DNA from: Betaproteobacteria bacterium
Lineage (GTDB): Bacteria; Pseudomonadota; Gammaproteobacteria; Burkholderiales; Casimicrobiaceae
NCBI GenBank assembly: GCA_018971195.1
Contig: JAGXBK010000001.1
Span: forward strand, 1 to 62,295
Direction: 5' to 3'
DNA length: 62,295 nt
Of this stretch, positions 22,566 through 33,257 are shown in pieces. Every line of letters begins with the position of its first letter. Position 1 is the stretch's first letter. The notes below the pieces were generated by a model. The model was not told where the DNA came from, made no database searches, and saw only the letters and a program-made list of their open reading frames with translations. A program made the position numbers and the translations under genes.

Positions 22566-22647
22566 GCGGCGTCGCGCAGGCACGCCGCAACGATCGGCGG
22601 CGAGACCGGCTGCATGGTCGCCACGGTCGCGCCGACGGACGCTGCGG

Positions 22648-23460
22648 CTAGATTCCGGCGAGCAGAAGCAGTCCGGAGAGGATCAATGCCGCGCTCGCGA
22701 GTCGCGATACGAGACGGGCGGCGGGGAACAGCTTCTCGACCAGGACGAACGCCGCGATCAGCGCAACCCACGCGAGATTCATGACTCCGGCCACCAGGAG
22801 CAGCAGCATCAGCGCCCAGCAGCAGCCGACGCAGTAGGCGCCGTGCTCGAGGCCCATCCGGAACGCGCCGCCGGGTCCCGCGCGCCAGCGGGACACGAAG
22901 AATTCCAGCGGGTTCCGGCACTTGCCGAGGCAGGATTGCTTGAGAGGTGTCAACTGATACACGCCTGCGACGATCAGGGCGAGCGCAGCGACCCGGGTGC
23001 TCGCCACGGCCAGCGCCGGTGTCAGCAGCGATGCCTGCTCGAGCAGCGTCTGCAGCAGCGTGGCCGCCACGCTGAAGCCCGCCCAGACCAGGAGGTAGGC
23101 GCTGGCGAAAATACCGACGCCCGGCAACGCGGTGCCACGCGCGCCGTTCCTGCGCACCATCGCCCCGTACAGGAGCACGGTCGGGGCGGCACTGGGCAGC
23201 ATCATGCCCGCCATCATCACGGTCCACATGACGAACGTCAGGACGAGTGCCATGGCATCGATGGCGCGGGGTACCGCCCGCATCCCGGGCATTCCCGGCA
23301 TCGACATCGAAGCCTGATCCATGCCGGTGGCGGCGTGCCACAGGTAGAGCCACGCGATCACGACGACCACGGCAAGGCTGCCGAGGGTGACCCAGCGGTC
23401 GTGGCGCAGTGCTGCGTCGAGGCCGCGGTCGAGCGCCGACCGGGTGTCTAGCCCGCCCAT
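22648..23460 (-). CDS. DUF2182-type predicted metal-binding integral membrane protein
   Basis: MWTVMMAGMMLPS, YQLTPLKQSCLGKCRNP, GAYCVGCCWALM, GVMNLAW...EK; Met-rich loop; start uncertain. Confidence 0.85.
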   Translation of the reverse strand: MGGLDTRSALDRGLDAALRHDRWVTLGSLAVVVVIAWLYLWHAATGMDQASMSMPGMPGMRAVPRAIDAMALVLTFVMWTVMMAGMMLPSAAPTVLLYGAMVRRNGARGTALPGVGIFASAYLLVWAGFSVAATLLQTLLEQASLLTPALAVASTRVAALALIVAGVYQLTPLKQSCLGKCRNPLEFFVSRWRAGPGGAFRMGLEHGAYCVGCCWALMLLLLVAGVMNLAWVALIAAFVLVEKLFPAARLVSRLASAALILSGLLLLAGI

Positions 23461-24062
23461 GCGAACGGAGCGAAGTGCCCGTTGCGCTTGCCGCTCGAAT
23501 CGTTCCACTTGATTCCGAAGGCGTTGAAGATGCTGCGCGTGGCCTTCGCGAGCGCCAGGCGCGAATTCACCGGGTGCGCAGTGTTGTCGATGTAGAGCGG
23601 TTCGTCGCTGCGTACCGCGCCGGCAACGCCTTCACACGCCTGGTCGACGAGCTCGCCGGCCGTCACCGAATATTTCATGCCGTGGGCCTCGAAGCGAATC
23701 GGGCGCTTCTCGATCCCGGCCACGCGGCCGACCAGCGGCCCCAGGGCTGCCATCGGGCCACCCGCCGCACCGGTCGCAATGGCGGCGATCGCGTCGGTCT
23801 GCGCCGCCGAGGCGCGCTCGTCGACGATCAGGCCGACAGTCATGTTGCCGTCGGCCATGACCCCGGGAGAATGCAGGACGACGACGAACGACAATCCTTC
23901 GAGCTTCACGCCGTCCTTTTCGCCTTTGTCGATGCGCATCGCCAATGCCGCCCGGCAATCGCCTTCGGTGGGCCGCGCCGTGAGATGCGAGGGTGCGCAG
24001 GGGCACAGGTAGTCGCAGCTGCAGGTCTCCATGTACTGCCCCTCGATTCGCCAGCTGGCCAT
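23448..24062 (-). CDS. DUF1326-type Cys-motif protein
   Basis: WRIEGQYMETCSCDYLCPC, PTEGDC, IVDERAS; GGAGG-like SD upstream; overlaps the DUF2182 start. Confidence 0.85.
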   Translation of the reverse strand: MASWRIEGQYMETCSCDYLCPCAPSHLTARPTEGDCRAALAMRIDKGEKDGVKLEGLSFVVVLHSPGVMADGNMTVGLIVDERASAAQTDAIAAIATGAAGGPMAALGPLVGRVAGIEKRPIRFEAHGMKYSVTAGELVDQACEGVAGAVRSDEPLYIDNTAHPVNSRLALAKATRSIFNAFGIKWNDSSGKRNGHFAPFAWAG

Positions 24063-24313
24063 GACGCCCTCCTTTGGTGGTCCTGCGGTCCGGTGTGTGC
24101 GCCGCCGCTCGAGCCTCGCGGGCGGGCATTCGTCGACTCTCTCGGAGCGAAGCAGTCGCTTCGCTGTCGAATACCGTACTCCGGGCGAGCAGCGCATGCA
24201 AGGTGGTGTCGCGAGGCGCGAGCACCCGCACGCCGGGACTACGATCGCGGCGCTGCGCGTGCTAGAGTTTTGCGCCCAGCTGCTGCACGGCGACGATCGC
24301 GCGCCGACATTCA

Positions 24314-26161
24314 ATGACGACGCCCCAGCCCCAGCCGCTCGCAGTCCTCGCCGCATCGGTCGGCGCGCCCGTCGGCGTCAGGCACGTCCGGCTCCTTCAA
24401 TGGGTGCGCGACATCGCCGCCTTGACCAAGCCCGATCGCATCGAATGGAGCGATGGCAGCGCCGAGGAATACGATCGGCTGTGCGACGCGATGGTCGCTG
24501 CGGGGACGCTGATCCGACTCGATCCCGTCAAGCGCCCCCACAGCTTTCTCGCCCGCTCGGATCCTTCCGACGTCGCCCGCGTCGAGGACCGGACCTTCAT
24601 CTGCAGCGTGCGCGAGGAGGACGCAGGGCCGACCAACAACTGGGTCGAGCCCGGCGAGATGCACCGGACGCTGCGCGCCTTGTTCGACGGCGCGATGCGC
24701 GGACGCACGATGTACGTCGTCCCGTTCTCGATGGGCCCGCTCGGCAGCCCGATCGCGCACGTAGGCGTCGAGATCACCGACAGCCCGTACGTCGTCGCCA
24801 ACATGAAGCTGATGACGCGGATGGGTGCGGCGGTCTACGGCGTGCTCGGCGAGGACGGCGCGTTCGTCCCCTGCGTGCATTCGGTCGGAGCGCCGCTCGC
24901 TCCCGGCGTCAAGGACGTCGCCTGGCCCTGCGATGCGAAGAACAAGTACATCGTGCATTTCCCCGAGGCGCGCGAGATCTGGAGCTACGGCTCGGGTTAC
25001 GGCGGGAACGCGCTGCTCGGGAAGAAATGCCTCGCGCTGCGCATCGCGTCGGTGATGGGCCGCGACCAGGGCTGGCTCGCCGAGCACATGCTGATCCTCG
25101 GCGTCGCCTCGCCCGACGGCGAGAAGCGCTACGTCGCGGCCGCGTTCCCCAGTGCGTGCGGGAAGACGAACTTCGCGATGATGATTCCGCCGCCGGAATT
25201 CGAAGGCTGGCGCGTGACCACGATCGGCGACGACATTGCCTGGATCAAGCCATCGCCGGACGGGCGTTTCCGCGCGATCAATCCCGAGGCCGGCTATTTC
25301 GGGGTCGCGCCGGGAACGTCGTACCTGTCGAATCCGAATGCGATGAAAACCTTGCGCGAAAACGTGATATTCACCAACGTCGCGCTGACCGACGACGGGG
25401 ACGTCTGGTGGGAGGGAATGACGCCCACGCCGCCGGCGCACTTGATTGACTGGCAGGGCAAGGCGTGGACGCCGGGATGCGGCCGGCCCGCGGCGCATCC
25501 CAACTCGCGCTTCACCGTCGCCGCGATCCAGTGTCCGTCTCTCGATCCGGAGTGGGACAACCCCGAGGGCGTGCCGATCTCTGCGTTCGTGTTCGGCGCG
25601 AGGCGCTCCGACACCGTTCCGTTGGTGTCGCAGGCGCGCAGCTGGGAAGAGGGCGTCTACAAGGCGGCGACCATGGGCTCGGAGACAACCGCCGCTGCGT
25701 CCGGCAAGGTCGGCGAGGTGCGGCGCGATCCGTTCGCGATGCTTCCGTTCTGCGGCTATCACATGGGCGACTACTTCGATCACTGGCTGCGCATGGGATC
25801 GCGGGTCAGCGAGCCGCCCCAGATCTTCAGCGTCAACTGGTTCCGCAAGGATGCGGGCGGACGCATTGTCTGGCCGGGCTTCGGGCAGAACATGCGGGTG
25901 CTGAAATGGATGGTCGAGCGTTGCGCGGGCCGCGCCGAGGCAATCGAGACGGCACTGGGCTTCGTTCCTCGCTACGACGACCTCGATTGGTCGGGACTCG
26001 AATTCAAGGTCACGCAGTTCGTCGAGGTCATGCAGATCGACAGCGCGCAGTGGGCAGTCGAGCTCGGATCGCACGACGCGCTGTTCGAGCGGCTCGGGGA
26101 CAAGCGCCCGGATGCCCTGATGAGCGAGCGTGCGCGTCTCGAAGGTCTGATAGCAATGTAA
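24314..26161 (+). CDS. pckG: Phosphoenolpyruvate carboxykinase (GTP)
   Basis: [54 protein letters not shown]. Confidence 0.97.
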   Translation: MTTPQPQPLAVLAASVGAPVGVRHVRLLQWVRDIAALTKPDRIEWSDGSAEEYDRLCDAMVAAGTLIRLDPVKRPHSFLARSDPSDVARVEDRTFICSVREEDAGPTNNWVEPGEMHRTLRALFDGAMRGRTMYVVPFSMGPLGSPIAHVGVEITDSPYVVANMKLMTRMGAAVYGVLGEDGAFVPCVHSVGAPLAPGVKDVAWPCDAKNKYIVHFPEAREIWSYGSGYGGNALLGKKCLALRIASVMGRDQGWLAEHMLILGVASPDGEKRYVAAAFPSACGKTNFAMMIPPPEFEGWRVTTIGDDIAWIKPSPDGRFRAINPEAGYFGVAPGTSYLSNPNAMKTLRENVIFTNVALTDDGDVWWEGMTPTPPAHLIDWQGKAWTPGCGRPAAHPNSRFTVAAIQCPSLDPEWDNPEGVPISAFVFGARRSDTVPLVSQARSWEEGVYKAATMGSETTAAASGKVGEVRRDPFAMLPFCGYHMGDYFDHWLRMGSRVSEPPQIFSVNWFRKDAGGRIVWPGFGQNMRVLKWMVERCAGRAEAIETALGFVPRYDDLDWSGLEFKVTQFVEVMQIDSAQWAVELGSHDALFERLGDKRPDALMSERARLEGLIAM

Positions 26162-26425
26162 GCGCTTACTCTCGGCCACTTTCGCACCAGCAAGCGATTC
26201 ACCACCCGTGGCCACACAGCCTGGACGTGGATCGACCGGCAGCGGCGGACCAGCGCTCCCTGCGAGGGGTCCAGCGAGAGCTGTGCCATCTCCGTGACGC
26301 ACGTGTCCGGGTCGATCCGGGCCGGGCACCGGTTGCGCAGTTGCCTGGACCCCGGAGCCCGGGATGCGCCGGTCGCGACGCGCGGACGGTCGGGGCGCGG
26401 CGGGTGGCGCGGACCCGCCGGCCGG

Positions 26426-26441
26426 CGTTCCACGTGAAACC
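26426..26441. promoter_or_regulatory. parS centromere site 1
   Basis: cGTTCCACGTGAAACc matches the TGTTNCACGTGAAACA core; parAB lie ~3 kb downstream. Confidence 0.88.
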
Positions 26442-26472
26442 TTCGCGCTGCGGCTTCGGTCCCGCCGGCCGA

Positions 26473-26488
26473 GGTTCCACGTGAAACG
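26473..26488. promoter_or_regulatory. parS centromere site 2
   Basis: gGTTCCACGTGAAACg, 47 bp after site 1. Confidence 0.88.
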
Positions 26489-26598
26489 TCCCGACCGCCG
26501 CGCGCCGACGCGGATTCGTCTCCAACCGGCTTCCCGGATGCTGTAGAATGGAGTCTGCGAGCCATCGAGTGTTGGCACCAGCAATTCGCTGATTTAAA

Positions 26599-28485
26599 AT
26601 GAGATTCGACAAGCGTTTCGACGTGATCGTCGTCGGCGGCGGGCATGCCGGCACCGAGGCTGCGCTCGCCTGCGCGCGCGCCGGCCGGAGCACGCTGCTG
26701 CTGACGCACAACATCGAGACGCTGGGCCAGATGTCCTGCAATCCGTCGATCGGCGGCATCGGCAAAGGTCACCTGGTGAAGGAGGTCGACGCACTGGGCG
26801 GGGCGATGGGGCTCGCAACCGACGAGGCCGGCATCCAGTTCAGGATCCTGAACGCCAGCAAGGGCCCGGCGGTACGCGCCACCCGCGCGCAGGCGGACCG
26901 GGTGCTCTACCGACGCGCGATCCGGCATCGACTGGAGACGGCCCCCGGCCTCACGCTGTTCCAGCAGCCGGTCGACGACCTGCTGCTCGAAGGCGACCGC
27001 GTCGCCGGCGTCGTGACCCAGATCGGACTCGAGTTCGAGGCGGGCGCGGTCATCCTGACCACGGGAACCTTCCTGTCCGGCCTGATCCACGTGGGGCTCG
27101 AGCACTACGAGGCGGGGCGCGCGGGCGACCCCCCGGCCAAGCGTCTGGGCGCGCGGCTGCGCGAGCTGAACCTGCCCGCGGGGCGACTCAAGACCGGGAC
27201 GCCGCCGCGGCTCGACGGACGCACGATCGATTTCTCGGGGCTCGTGGCGCAGCCCGGTGACGACCCGACGCCGGTGTTCTCGTTCGTCGGCAGCCGCGAC
27301 CTGCATCCTCGGCAGCTTCCGTGCTGGATCACCCACACGACGCCGCGAACCCATGAAATCATCCGCGGCGGCCTCGACCGCTCGCCGCTGTTCACCGGGG
27401 TCATCAAGGGCGTCGGCCCGAGGTATTGCCCGTCGATCGAGGACAAGGTCGTACGCTTCGCGGCCCGCGATTCGCACCAGATCTTCCTGGAACCGGAAGG
27501 TCTTGATACACGAGAGATTTATCCGAACGGCATCTCGACATCCCTGCCATTCGATATCCAGCTCGCGCTGGTCCGCTCGATCCCGGGCTGCGAGAACGCG
27601 CACATCCTGCGTCCCGGCTACTCGATCGAATACGACTATTTCGACCCGCGGGGTCTGCGAGCCACCCTCGAGACCAAGGCAATCGCGGGCCTGTTCTTCG
27701 CCGGGCAGATCAACGGGACCACCGGCTACGAGGAAGCGGCCGCCCAGGGCATCCTGGCCGGCATCAACGCCGCGCGCCATGTCGCCGGCCGCGACGGTTG
27801 GTGCCCGCGGCGCGACGAGGCGTACCTGGGCGTGTTGGTGGACGACCTGATTACACGCGGTGTATCAGAGCCTTACCGCATGTTCACTTCGCGCGCCGAA
27901 TACCGGCTGCAACTGCGCGAGGACAACGCCGACCTGCGCCTGACCGAGCACGGCCGCAGGCTCGGTATCGTCGAGGACGCGCGCTGGGACGCCTACTGCC
28001 GCAAGCGTGACGCGATCGCGCAAGAGCAGGAGCGAATCAAGTCGACCTACGTCAGCGCCGCGGTCGTCGCGCGTCACGACGCCGTGCGCGTGCTCGGGCA
28101 GCCGATCGAGCGCGACTACGCACTCGCCGACCTGCTGCGTCGCCCGGGCGTCACCTATCGCGCGCTGCACGAGCTCGAAGGCGCGGGCACGCCGGTCGCC
28201 GATGCGGTCGTCGCCGAGCAGGTCGAGATCGCCACCAAGTATCACGGCTACATCGAGCGCCAGCAGGGCGAGGTCTCGCGTCAGCGTGAGCACGAGGAGA
28301 TGCGCCTGCCGGACCGGATCGACTATCGCCAGGTCCGTGGGCTGTCGATCGAGGTGCAGCAGAAGCTCGATGCGCATCGGCCCGAGACCCTGGGCCAGGC
28401 CGCGCGCATCTCGGGCGTCACGCCGGCCGCGATCTCGCTGCTGCTCGTGCATCTGAAGCGCGGGCTCGTCGCGCGCTCGGCATGA
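26599..28485 (+). CDS. mnmG: tRNA uridine-5-carboxymethylaminomethyl modification enzyme MnmG (GidA)
   Basis: [62 protein letters not shown]. Confidence 0.99.
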   Translation: MRFDKRFDVIVVGGGHAGTEAALACARAGRSTLLLTHNIETLGQMSCNPSIGGIGKGHLVKEVDALGGAMGLATDEAGIQFRILNASKGPAVRATRAQADRVLYRRAIRHRLETAPGLTLFQQPVDDLLLEGDRVAGVVTQIGLEFEAGAVILTTGTFLSGLIHVGLEHYEAGRAGDPPAKRLGARLRELNLPAGRLKTGTPPRLDGRTIDFSGLVAQPGDDPTPVFSFVGSRDLHPRQLPCWITHTTPRTHEIIRGGLDRSPLFTGVIKGVGPRYCPSIEDKVVRFAARDSHQIFLEPEGLDTREIYPNGISTSLPFDIQLALVRSIPGCENAHILRPGYSIEYDYFDPRGLRATLETKAIAGLFFAGQINGTTGYEEAAAQGILAGINAARHVAGRDGWCPRRDEAYLGVLVDDLITRGVSEPYRMFTSRAEYRLQLREDNADLRLTEHGRRLGIVEDARWDAYCRKRDAIAQEQERIKSTYVSAAVVARHDAVRVLGQPIERDYALADLLRRPGVTYRALHELEGAGTPVADAVVAEQVEIATKYHGYIERQQGEVSRQREHEEMRLPDRIDYRQVRGLSIEVQQKLDAHRPETLGQAARISGVTPAAISLLLVHLKRGLVARSA

Positions 28486-29135
28486 CGGCCGTGGCGCAGG
28501 TTGCGCTGCCTGCGGATGCGCAGCGCAAGCTCGATGCCTACCTCGACCTGCTGGTGAAATGGAACAGGACCTTCAACCTGACGGCGATCCGCGAGCGCGC
28601 GGACATGGTGACGCACCACCTCAACGATGCGCTCGCGATCCTTCCCCATCTGCCCGAAACGCAGACGCTGCGCGTACTCGACGTCGGAACGGGCGCGGGC
28701 CTGCCGGGGATACCACTCGCGATCGCGCGACCCGGTTGGCGCGTCGTGCTGCTCGATTCGAACCAGAAGAAGGTCGCGTTCCTGACGCAGGCGGCGATCG
28801 AGATCGAGCTCGCCAACGTCACTGCGGTCGCCGCTCGCGTCGAAGATTACGCGCCCGATGCGCCGTTCGACGTGATCGTCTCGCGTGCGTTCTCGGACCT
28901 CGCGAGTTTCGTGCGCGGCGCGCAGCACCTTCTTGCGCCGGGCGGGACCCTCGTCGCGATGAAAGGCGCGTATCCGCGCGATGAGATCGCGGCGCTGCCC
29001 GCGGGCGTGACGATCGTCGCCGAGCCCGCGCTCGACGTGCCGGGGCTCGCCGCGCAGCGCCACCTGATCGTGATGTGCGCGGCGGCGCCGGTCGCGTCCG
29101 CACACGCGCCCGCGCGCGGGGCGAGGCCGCGATGA
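28482..29135 (+). CDS. rsmG: 16S rRNA m7G527 methyltransferase RsmG (GidB)
   Basis: [33 protein letters not shown]. Confidence 0.97.
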   Translation: MTAVAQVALPADAQRKLDAYLDLLVKWNRTFNLTAIRERADMVTHHLNDALAILPHLPETQTLRVLDVGTGAGLPGIPLAIARPGWRVVLLDSNQKKVAFLTQAAIEIELANVTAVAARVEDYAPDAPFDVIVSRAFSDLASFVRGAQHLLAPGGTLVAMKGAYPRDEIAALPAGVTIVAEPALDVPGLAAQRHLIVMCAAAPVASAHAPARGARPR

Positions 29136-29998
29136 CCCGCATCATCGCTGTCGCCAACCAGAAAGGCGGCGTCGGAAAGACGACGACGACGGTCAATCTC
29201 GCCGCGAGCCTCGCCGCGATGAAGCGCCGCGTGCTCGTCGTCGACCTCGACCCGCAGGGCAACGCGACGACCGGATCGGGCATCGACAAGCGCGCCTGCA
29301 CGCGCACCGTCTATCACGTGCTGCTCGGCGAGACGACGATTGCCGAGGTCCGCGTGAAGTCGGAGGCCGGAGGCTACGACCTCGTGCCCGCGAACCGCGA
29401 GCTCGCCGGCGCCGAGGTCGAGCTCGTCGACCTGCCGGAGCGCGAGACGCGCTTGAAGGATGCGCTCGCCGAGGCGCTGCGCCAGATGCGCGACGCGCTC
29501 GGCGCGATCGCCGGCGACTACGATTTCATCTTCCTCGACTGCCCGCCGTCGCTGTCGCTGCTGACGCTGAACGGATTGTGCGCCGCGGATTCGGTGCTGA
29601 TCCCGATGCAGTGCGAGTACTACGCGCTGGAAGGATTGTCGGACCTCGTCCAGACGGTGAAGAAGGTGCGTGCGCACCTCAACCCGTCGCTCGAGATCGA
29701 GGGGTTGCTGCGCACGATGTACGATCCCCGGAACACGCTCGCGCAGAACGTCGCGGCCGAGCTCGAGAAGCATTTCGGCGAGCGGCTCTATCGCACCGTG
29801 GTTCCGCGCAACGTGCGCCTCGCCGAGGCGCCGTCGCACGGGATACCCGCGCTGAAGCTCGAGCCGCAGTCGAAGGGCGCGCTCGCGTACCTGGCGCTCG
29901 CCGGCGAAGTGCTGCGAAGGATGGAAGCGCGCAAGCCGCAGAACGCGGTCACCGAGCTCGCGCCCGCCGCACAGGCGCCGCACGAGGAGATTCCATGA
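29132..29998 (+). CDS. parA: Chromosome partitioning ATPase ParA (Soj)
   Basis: [47 protein letters not shown]. Confidence 0.97.
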   Translation: MTRIIAVANQKGGVGKTTTTVNLAASLAAMKRRVLVVDLDPQGNATTGSGIDKRACTRTVYHVLLGETTIAEVRVKSEAGGYDLVPANRELAGAEVELVDLPERETRLKDALAEALRQMRDALGAIAGDYDFIFLDCPPSLSLLTLNGLCAADSVLIPMQCEYYALEGLSDLVQTVKKVRAHLNPSLEIEGLLRTMYDPRNTLAQNVAAELEKHFGERLYRTVVPRNVRLAEAPSHGIPALKLEPQSKGALAYLALAGEVLRRMEARKPQNAVTELAPAAQAPHEEIP

Positions 29999-30870
29999 TT
30001 CGACCCAAGGGACTGGGCCGCGGCCTCGACGCGTTGCTCGCCGGTCCGGACGACGCGTCTGCGGCGGGAGGCGAGAGCCTGCAGACGCTGTCGCTGGATC
30101 GCCTGCGCCCGGGCAAGTACCAGCCGCGCAGCAAGATGGATGCGGCGTCGCTCGCCGAGCTCGCGGACTCGATACGCGAGCAGGGTGTGATGCAGCCGAT
30201 CCTCGTGCGCCCGGTTGACGGTGGCCGCTTCGAGATCGTCGCCGGCGAGCGTCGCTGGCGCGCGGCGCAGCAGGCGGGGTTGCGCGAGATTCCGGCGCTG
30301 GTCAAGAACGTCCCCGACCAGGCCGCGCTGGCGGTGGCGCTGATCGAGAACATCCAGCGCGAGGATCTGAATCCGATCGAGGAGGCGAAAGGCTTGAAGC
30401 GCCTGATCGACGAGTTCGGCCTGACCCACGAGGCCGCAGCCAAGGCGGTCGGGCGCTCGCGCAGCGCGGTGTCGAACCTGCTGCGCCTGAACGCGCTCGC
30501 GGGCCCGGTCCAGGAATACCTGCTGGAAGGCGCGCTGGAGATGGGCCACGCGCGCGCGCTCCTCGCACTGCCCGCGGCGCAGCAGGCGGGGGCCGCCGTG
30601 CGCGTGGTCAACGCGTCGATGTCGGTGCGCGACGCCGAGCGCCTGGTCCACGGCCTGTTGAATCCGGCGCGGCGCGCGGCGCGCCGCAAGACGCGGCCCA
30701 ACTTCGACGCTGACACCGCGCGCCTGGAGAACGACCTCGCGGAGCGGCTCGGCGCGGTCGCGCACATCGAGCCGGGACGCAAGGGCGCCGGGCGGATCGT
30801 CATCCGCTATTCGACGCTCGAGCAGCTCGACGGGCTGCTGCAGCGGATGGGCGTCGCGACGAAATCCTAG
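29995..30870 (+). CDS. parB: Chromosome partitioning protein ParB (Spo0J)
   Basis: KGLGRGLDALL, YQPR, AGERRWRA, ALIENIQREDLNPIEEA, HTH GRSRSAVSN. Confidence 0.97.
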   Translation: MIRPKGLGRGLDALLAGPDDASAAGGESLQTLSLDRLRPGKYQPRSKMDAASLAELADSIREQGVMQPILVRPVDGGRFEIVAGERRWRAAQQAGLREIPALVKNVPDQAALAVALIENIQREDLNPIEEAKGLKRLIDEFGLTHEAAAKAVGRSRSAVSNLLRLNALAGPVQEYLLEGALEMGHARALLALPAAQQAGAAVRVVNASMSVRDAERLVHGLLNPARRAARRKTRPNFDADTARLENDLAERLGAVAHIEPGRKGAGRIVIRYSTLEQLDGLLQRMGVATKS

Positions 30871-30871
30871 C

Positions 30872-31378
30872 TCATCCCATCTGCCGCAGCATCGTCTGCG
30901 CGTCGGACACTTCGTATTTGCCCGGCGCCTCGATGTTGAGCAGCTTCACGACGCCGTCGTCGATCAGCATCGAGAAGCGCTGGCAGCGCACGCCCATGCC
31001 GCGCTTGATCAAATCCAGCTCCAGGCCCAGCGCCCTGGTGTAGTCGGCGCTGCCGTCCGCGAGCATGCGCACGCGGTCGCCGGTGTGCTGGTCGCGCGCC
31101 CACGCGCCCATGACGAACGCATCGTTGACCGACATGCACGCGATCGCATCCACGCCCTTGGCCTTGAGCGTGTCGTAGGCCGCGACGTAGCTCGGCACGT
31201 GCTTCGCGGAGCAGGTGGGGGTGAACGCCCCGGGCAGGCCGAACAGGACGACCTTCCTGCCGCGCGTGAGCTCGCCGACCTGGACCGGATTCGGCCCGAC
31301 CGAGCACCCGTCCTTTTCTACGTCGAGATATTCCTGCAGGGTGCCGTCCGGCAGACGGTCGCCGACTTTGATCGTCAT
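30872..31378 (-). CDS. Peroxiredoxin, Prx5 / type II family
   Basis: MTIKVGDRLPD...GLPGAFTPTCSAKHVP...SVNDAFVMGAW...ADGS. Confidence 0.95.
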   Translation of the reverse strand: MTIKVGDRLPDGTLQEYLDVEKDGCSVGPNPVQVGELTRGRKVVLFGLPGAFTPTCSAKHVPSYVAAYDTLKAKGVDAIACMSVNDAFVMGAWARDQHTGDRVRMLADGSADYTRALGLELDLIKRGMGVRCQRFSMLIDDGVVKLLNIEAPGKYEVSDAQTMLRQMG

Positions 31379-31562
31379 CGTGTGCTCCTGGGTGCGGGTG
31401 ATGGCCCGCCGCAAAGGCGGGCACGGGATTTCCCACCCAAGCATCGCAGCCGGCGGCGGTAAATTCAACCCTGACGCTTGCCCGGTTTCTTCGCGCAGCG
31501 TAGCTTTGAGGGCTCGACCGGGGTCCAGCACACCCCGGACTTCGAACTCGGGAGGACCCTCG

Positions 31563-32708
31563 ATGACTCGCACCAAAGTCGCGGCGCGGCCTGCGCCCGC
31601 GCGCCGCATTCGCCTGCTGATCGCGACCCGCAAGGGACTGTGGACACTGACGAGCGACGTCGCACGCAACGGCTGGAAGCTCGCGGGACCGCAGTTCCTC
31701 GGACACATCGTCCACCATGCGGTACCCGACCCGCGCGACGGCAGGACGTGGCTGGCCGCTGCGCGCACCGGGCACCTGGGGCCGACGGTGTTCCGTTCGG
31801 TGGACAGCGGCAGGACGTGGAAGGAGGCGACGCGGCCGCCGGCATTCGCCGAAGCCGGCGGCCGCGTCGTCAACCACACTTTCTGGCTGACGCCCGGCCA
31901 TGCCAGCGAGCCGGGCGTCTGGTATTCGGGGACCTCGCCGCAGGGCCTGTTCCGCTCCGCCGATGCCGGCGCGACGTGGGAGGAGGTCGCGGGCTTCAAT
32001 GCACATCCGCAGCGCAAAGCCTGGTGCGGCGGCGACCAGGACGGCACGCCCGACGGCCCCAAGATGCATTCGATCCTGATCGACCCGCGCGACCGCGCGC
32101 ACATGTACATCGGCATGTCGGGCGGCGGCGTGTTCGAATCCGTGGATGCGGGCGCCGACTGGCGGCCGCTCAACAAGGGCGTGCGGGCCGATTTCTTTCC
32201 GGGACCGCCGCCCGAGTATGGCCACGACCCGCACTGCGTGCGGTTCGCGGGCGCGAATCCGGACCGGCTCTATCAGCAGAACCACTGCGGCATCTACCGG
32301 ATCGACCGGCCATCGGACACATGGCAGGACATCGGCGCGACCATGCCGAAGTCGGTCGGCGACGTCGGCTTTCCGATGGCCGTGCACCCGCGTGATCCCG
32401 ATTCCCTGTGGGTGCTGCCCATGGACGGAACGAGCGTGTGGCCGCGCACGGCACCCGGCGGGCGACCCGCGGTCTATCGCTCGCGCGACGGCGGCAAGAC
32501 CTGGAAGCGGCAGGACCAGGGCCTGCCGAGGTCCCAGGCGTGGTGGACTGTGAAGCGCCAGGCGATGACGACCGATACGCGCGATCCGATGGGACTCTAT
32601 TTCGGGACCACGTCGGGCGAGATCTGGGGCAGTCGCGACGAGGGCCGCAGCTTCCGGTGTCTCGCGCGGCACCTGCCACACATTTTCGCGCTCGAGGCGT
32701 GGTGCTGA
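31563..32708 (+). CDS. BNR/Asp-box beta-propeller protein (sialidase/glycosyl-hydrolase-like, function unknown)
   Basis: Repeated SxDxGxTW Asp boxes (SVDSGRTW, SADAGATW, SVDAGADW, SRDGGKTW, SRDEGRSF); LLIATRKGL N-terminus; GGAGG SD. Confidence 0.88.
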   Translation: MTRTKVAARPAPARRIRLLIATRKGLWTLTSDVARNGWKLAGPQFLGHIVHHAVPDPRDGRTWLAAARTGHLGPTVFRSVDSGRTWKEATRPPAFAEAGGRVVNHTFWLTPGHASEPGVWYSGTSPQGLFRSADAGATWEEVAGFNAHPQRKAWCGGDQDGTPDGPKMHSILIDPRDRAHMYIGMSGGGVFESVDAGADWRPLNKGVRADFFPGPPPEYGHDPHCVRFAGANPDRLYQQNHCGIYRIDRPSDTWQDIGATMPKSVGDVGFPMAVHPRDPDSLWVLPMDGTSVWPRTAPGGRPAVYRSRDGGKTWKRQDQGLPRSQAWWTVKRQAMTTDTRDPMGLYFGTTSGEIWGSRDEGRSFRCLARHLPHIFALEAWC

Positions 32709-32787
32709 TCTCCCGCGCACGCGCATTCGCGCCGACGAGCAGCGAGCGCCCGCTTCCTGTGTCTCGCCGCACTGGCACGCCCAAGCG

Positions 32788-33105
32788 ATGACGGCCCGGG
32801 CCTCGCGCGAAGCCGCCGTCGTCGTCCGGGTGAAGATCCCCTCGCCGCTGCGCTCCTACACGGGCGCGGCCGAGGTCGCGGTGGCGGTGCCGGTATTGGC
32901 GCCCGAGTTGCCGCCGACGGTAGGCGGCGTTCTCGCCGCGCTCGACGGCGCGTACCCGGGCATCCGCTTCCGGATCATCGACGAGCAGCGCCAGTTGCGC
33001 CCCCACATCAAGCTGTTCGTCGGTGGCATGCTCACACGCGATCTGGCCATGCCGCTGACCTCCGAGTCGGAAGTGATGATCGTCGCCGCGCTGTCGGGCG
33101 GCTGA
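32788..33105 (+). CDS. MoaD/ThiS family ubiquitin-like protein
   Basis: VKIPSPLRSYTG...TVGGVLAALDGAYPGIRFRIIDE...ALSGG with C-terminal di-Gly. Confidence 0.9.
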   Translation: MTARASREAAVVVRVKIPSPLRSYTGAAEVAVAVPVLAPELPPTVGGVLAALDGAYPGIRFRIIDEQRQLRPHIKLFVGGMLTRDLAMPLTSESEVMIVAALSGG

Positions 33106-33257
33106 TCATGATCTCCCGGCCTCCCGCGCGGTCGTGAGGCGGCGCCGGGCAAGGTTGCGCCGCAACATATCGTTGCGATTCACGCGCGAAACCGGTTAAA
33201 ATTGCAAAGTTTGCTCGGCATCGGCGCAGCTCGCCGGCGCACGCCAGCCCGAAGACC

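Noticed and set aside
31379-32176. 434-aa extended peroxiredoxin ORF
   Set aside because: The extension is antisense to the beta-propeller gene; Prx5 starts at 31378 after an AGGAG SD.
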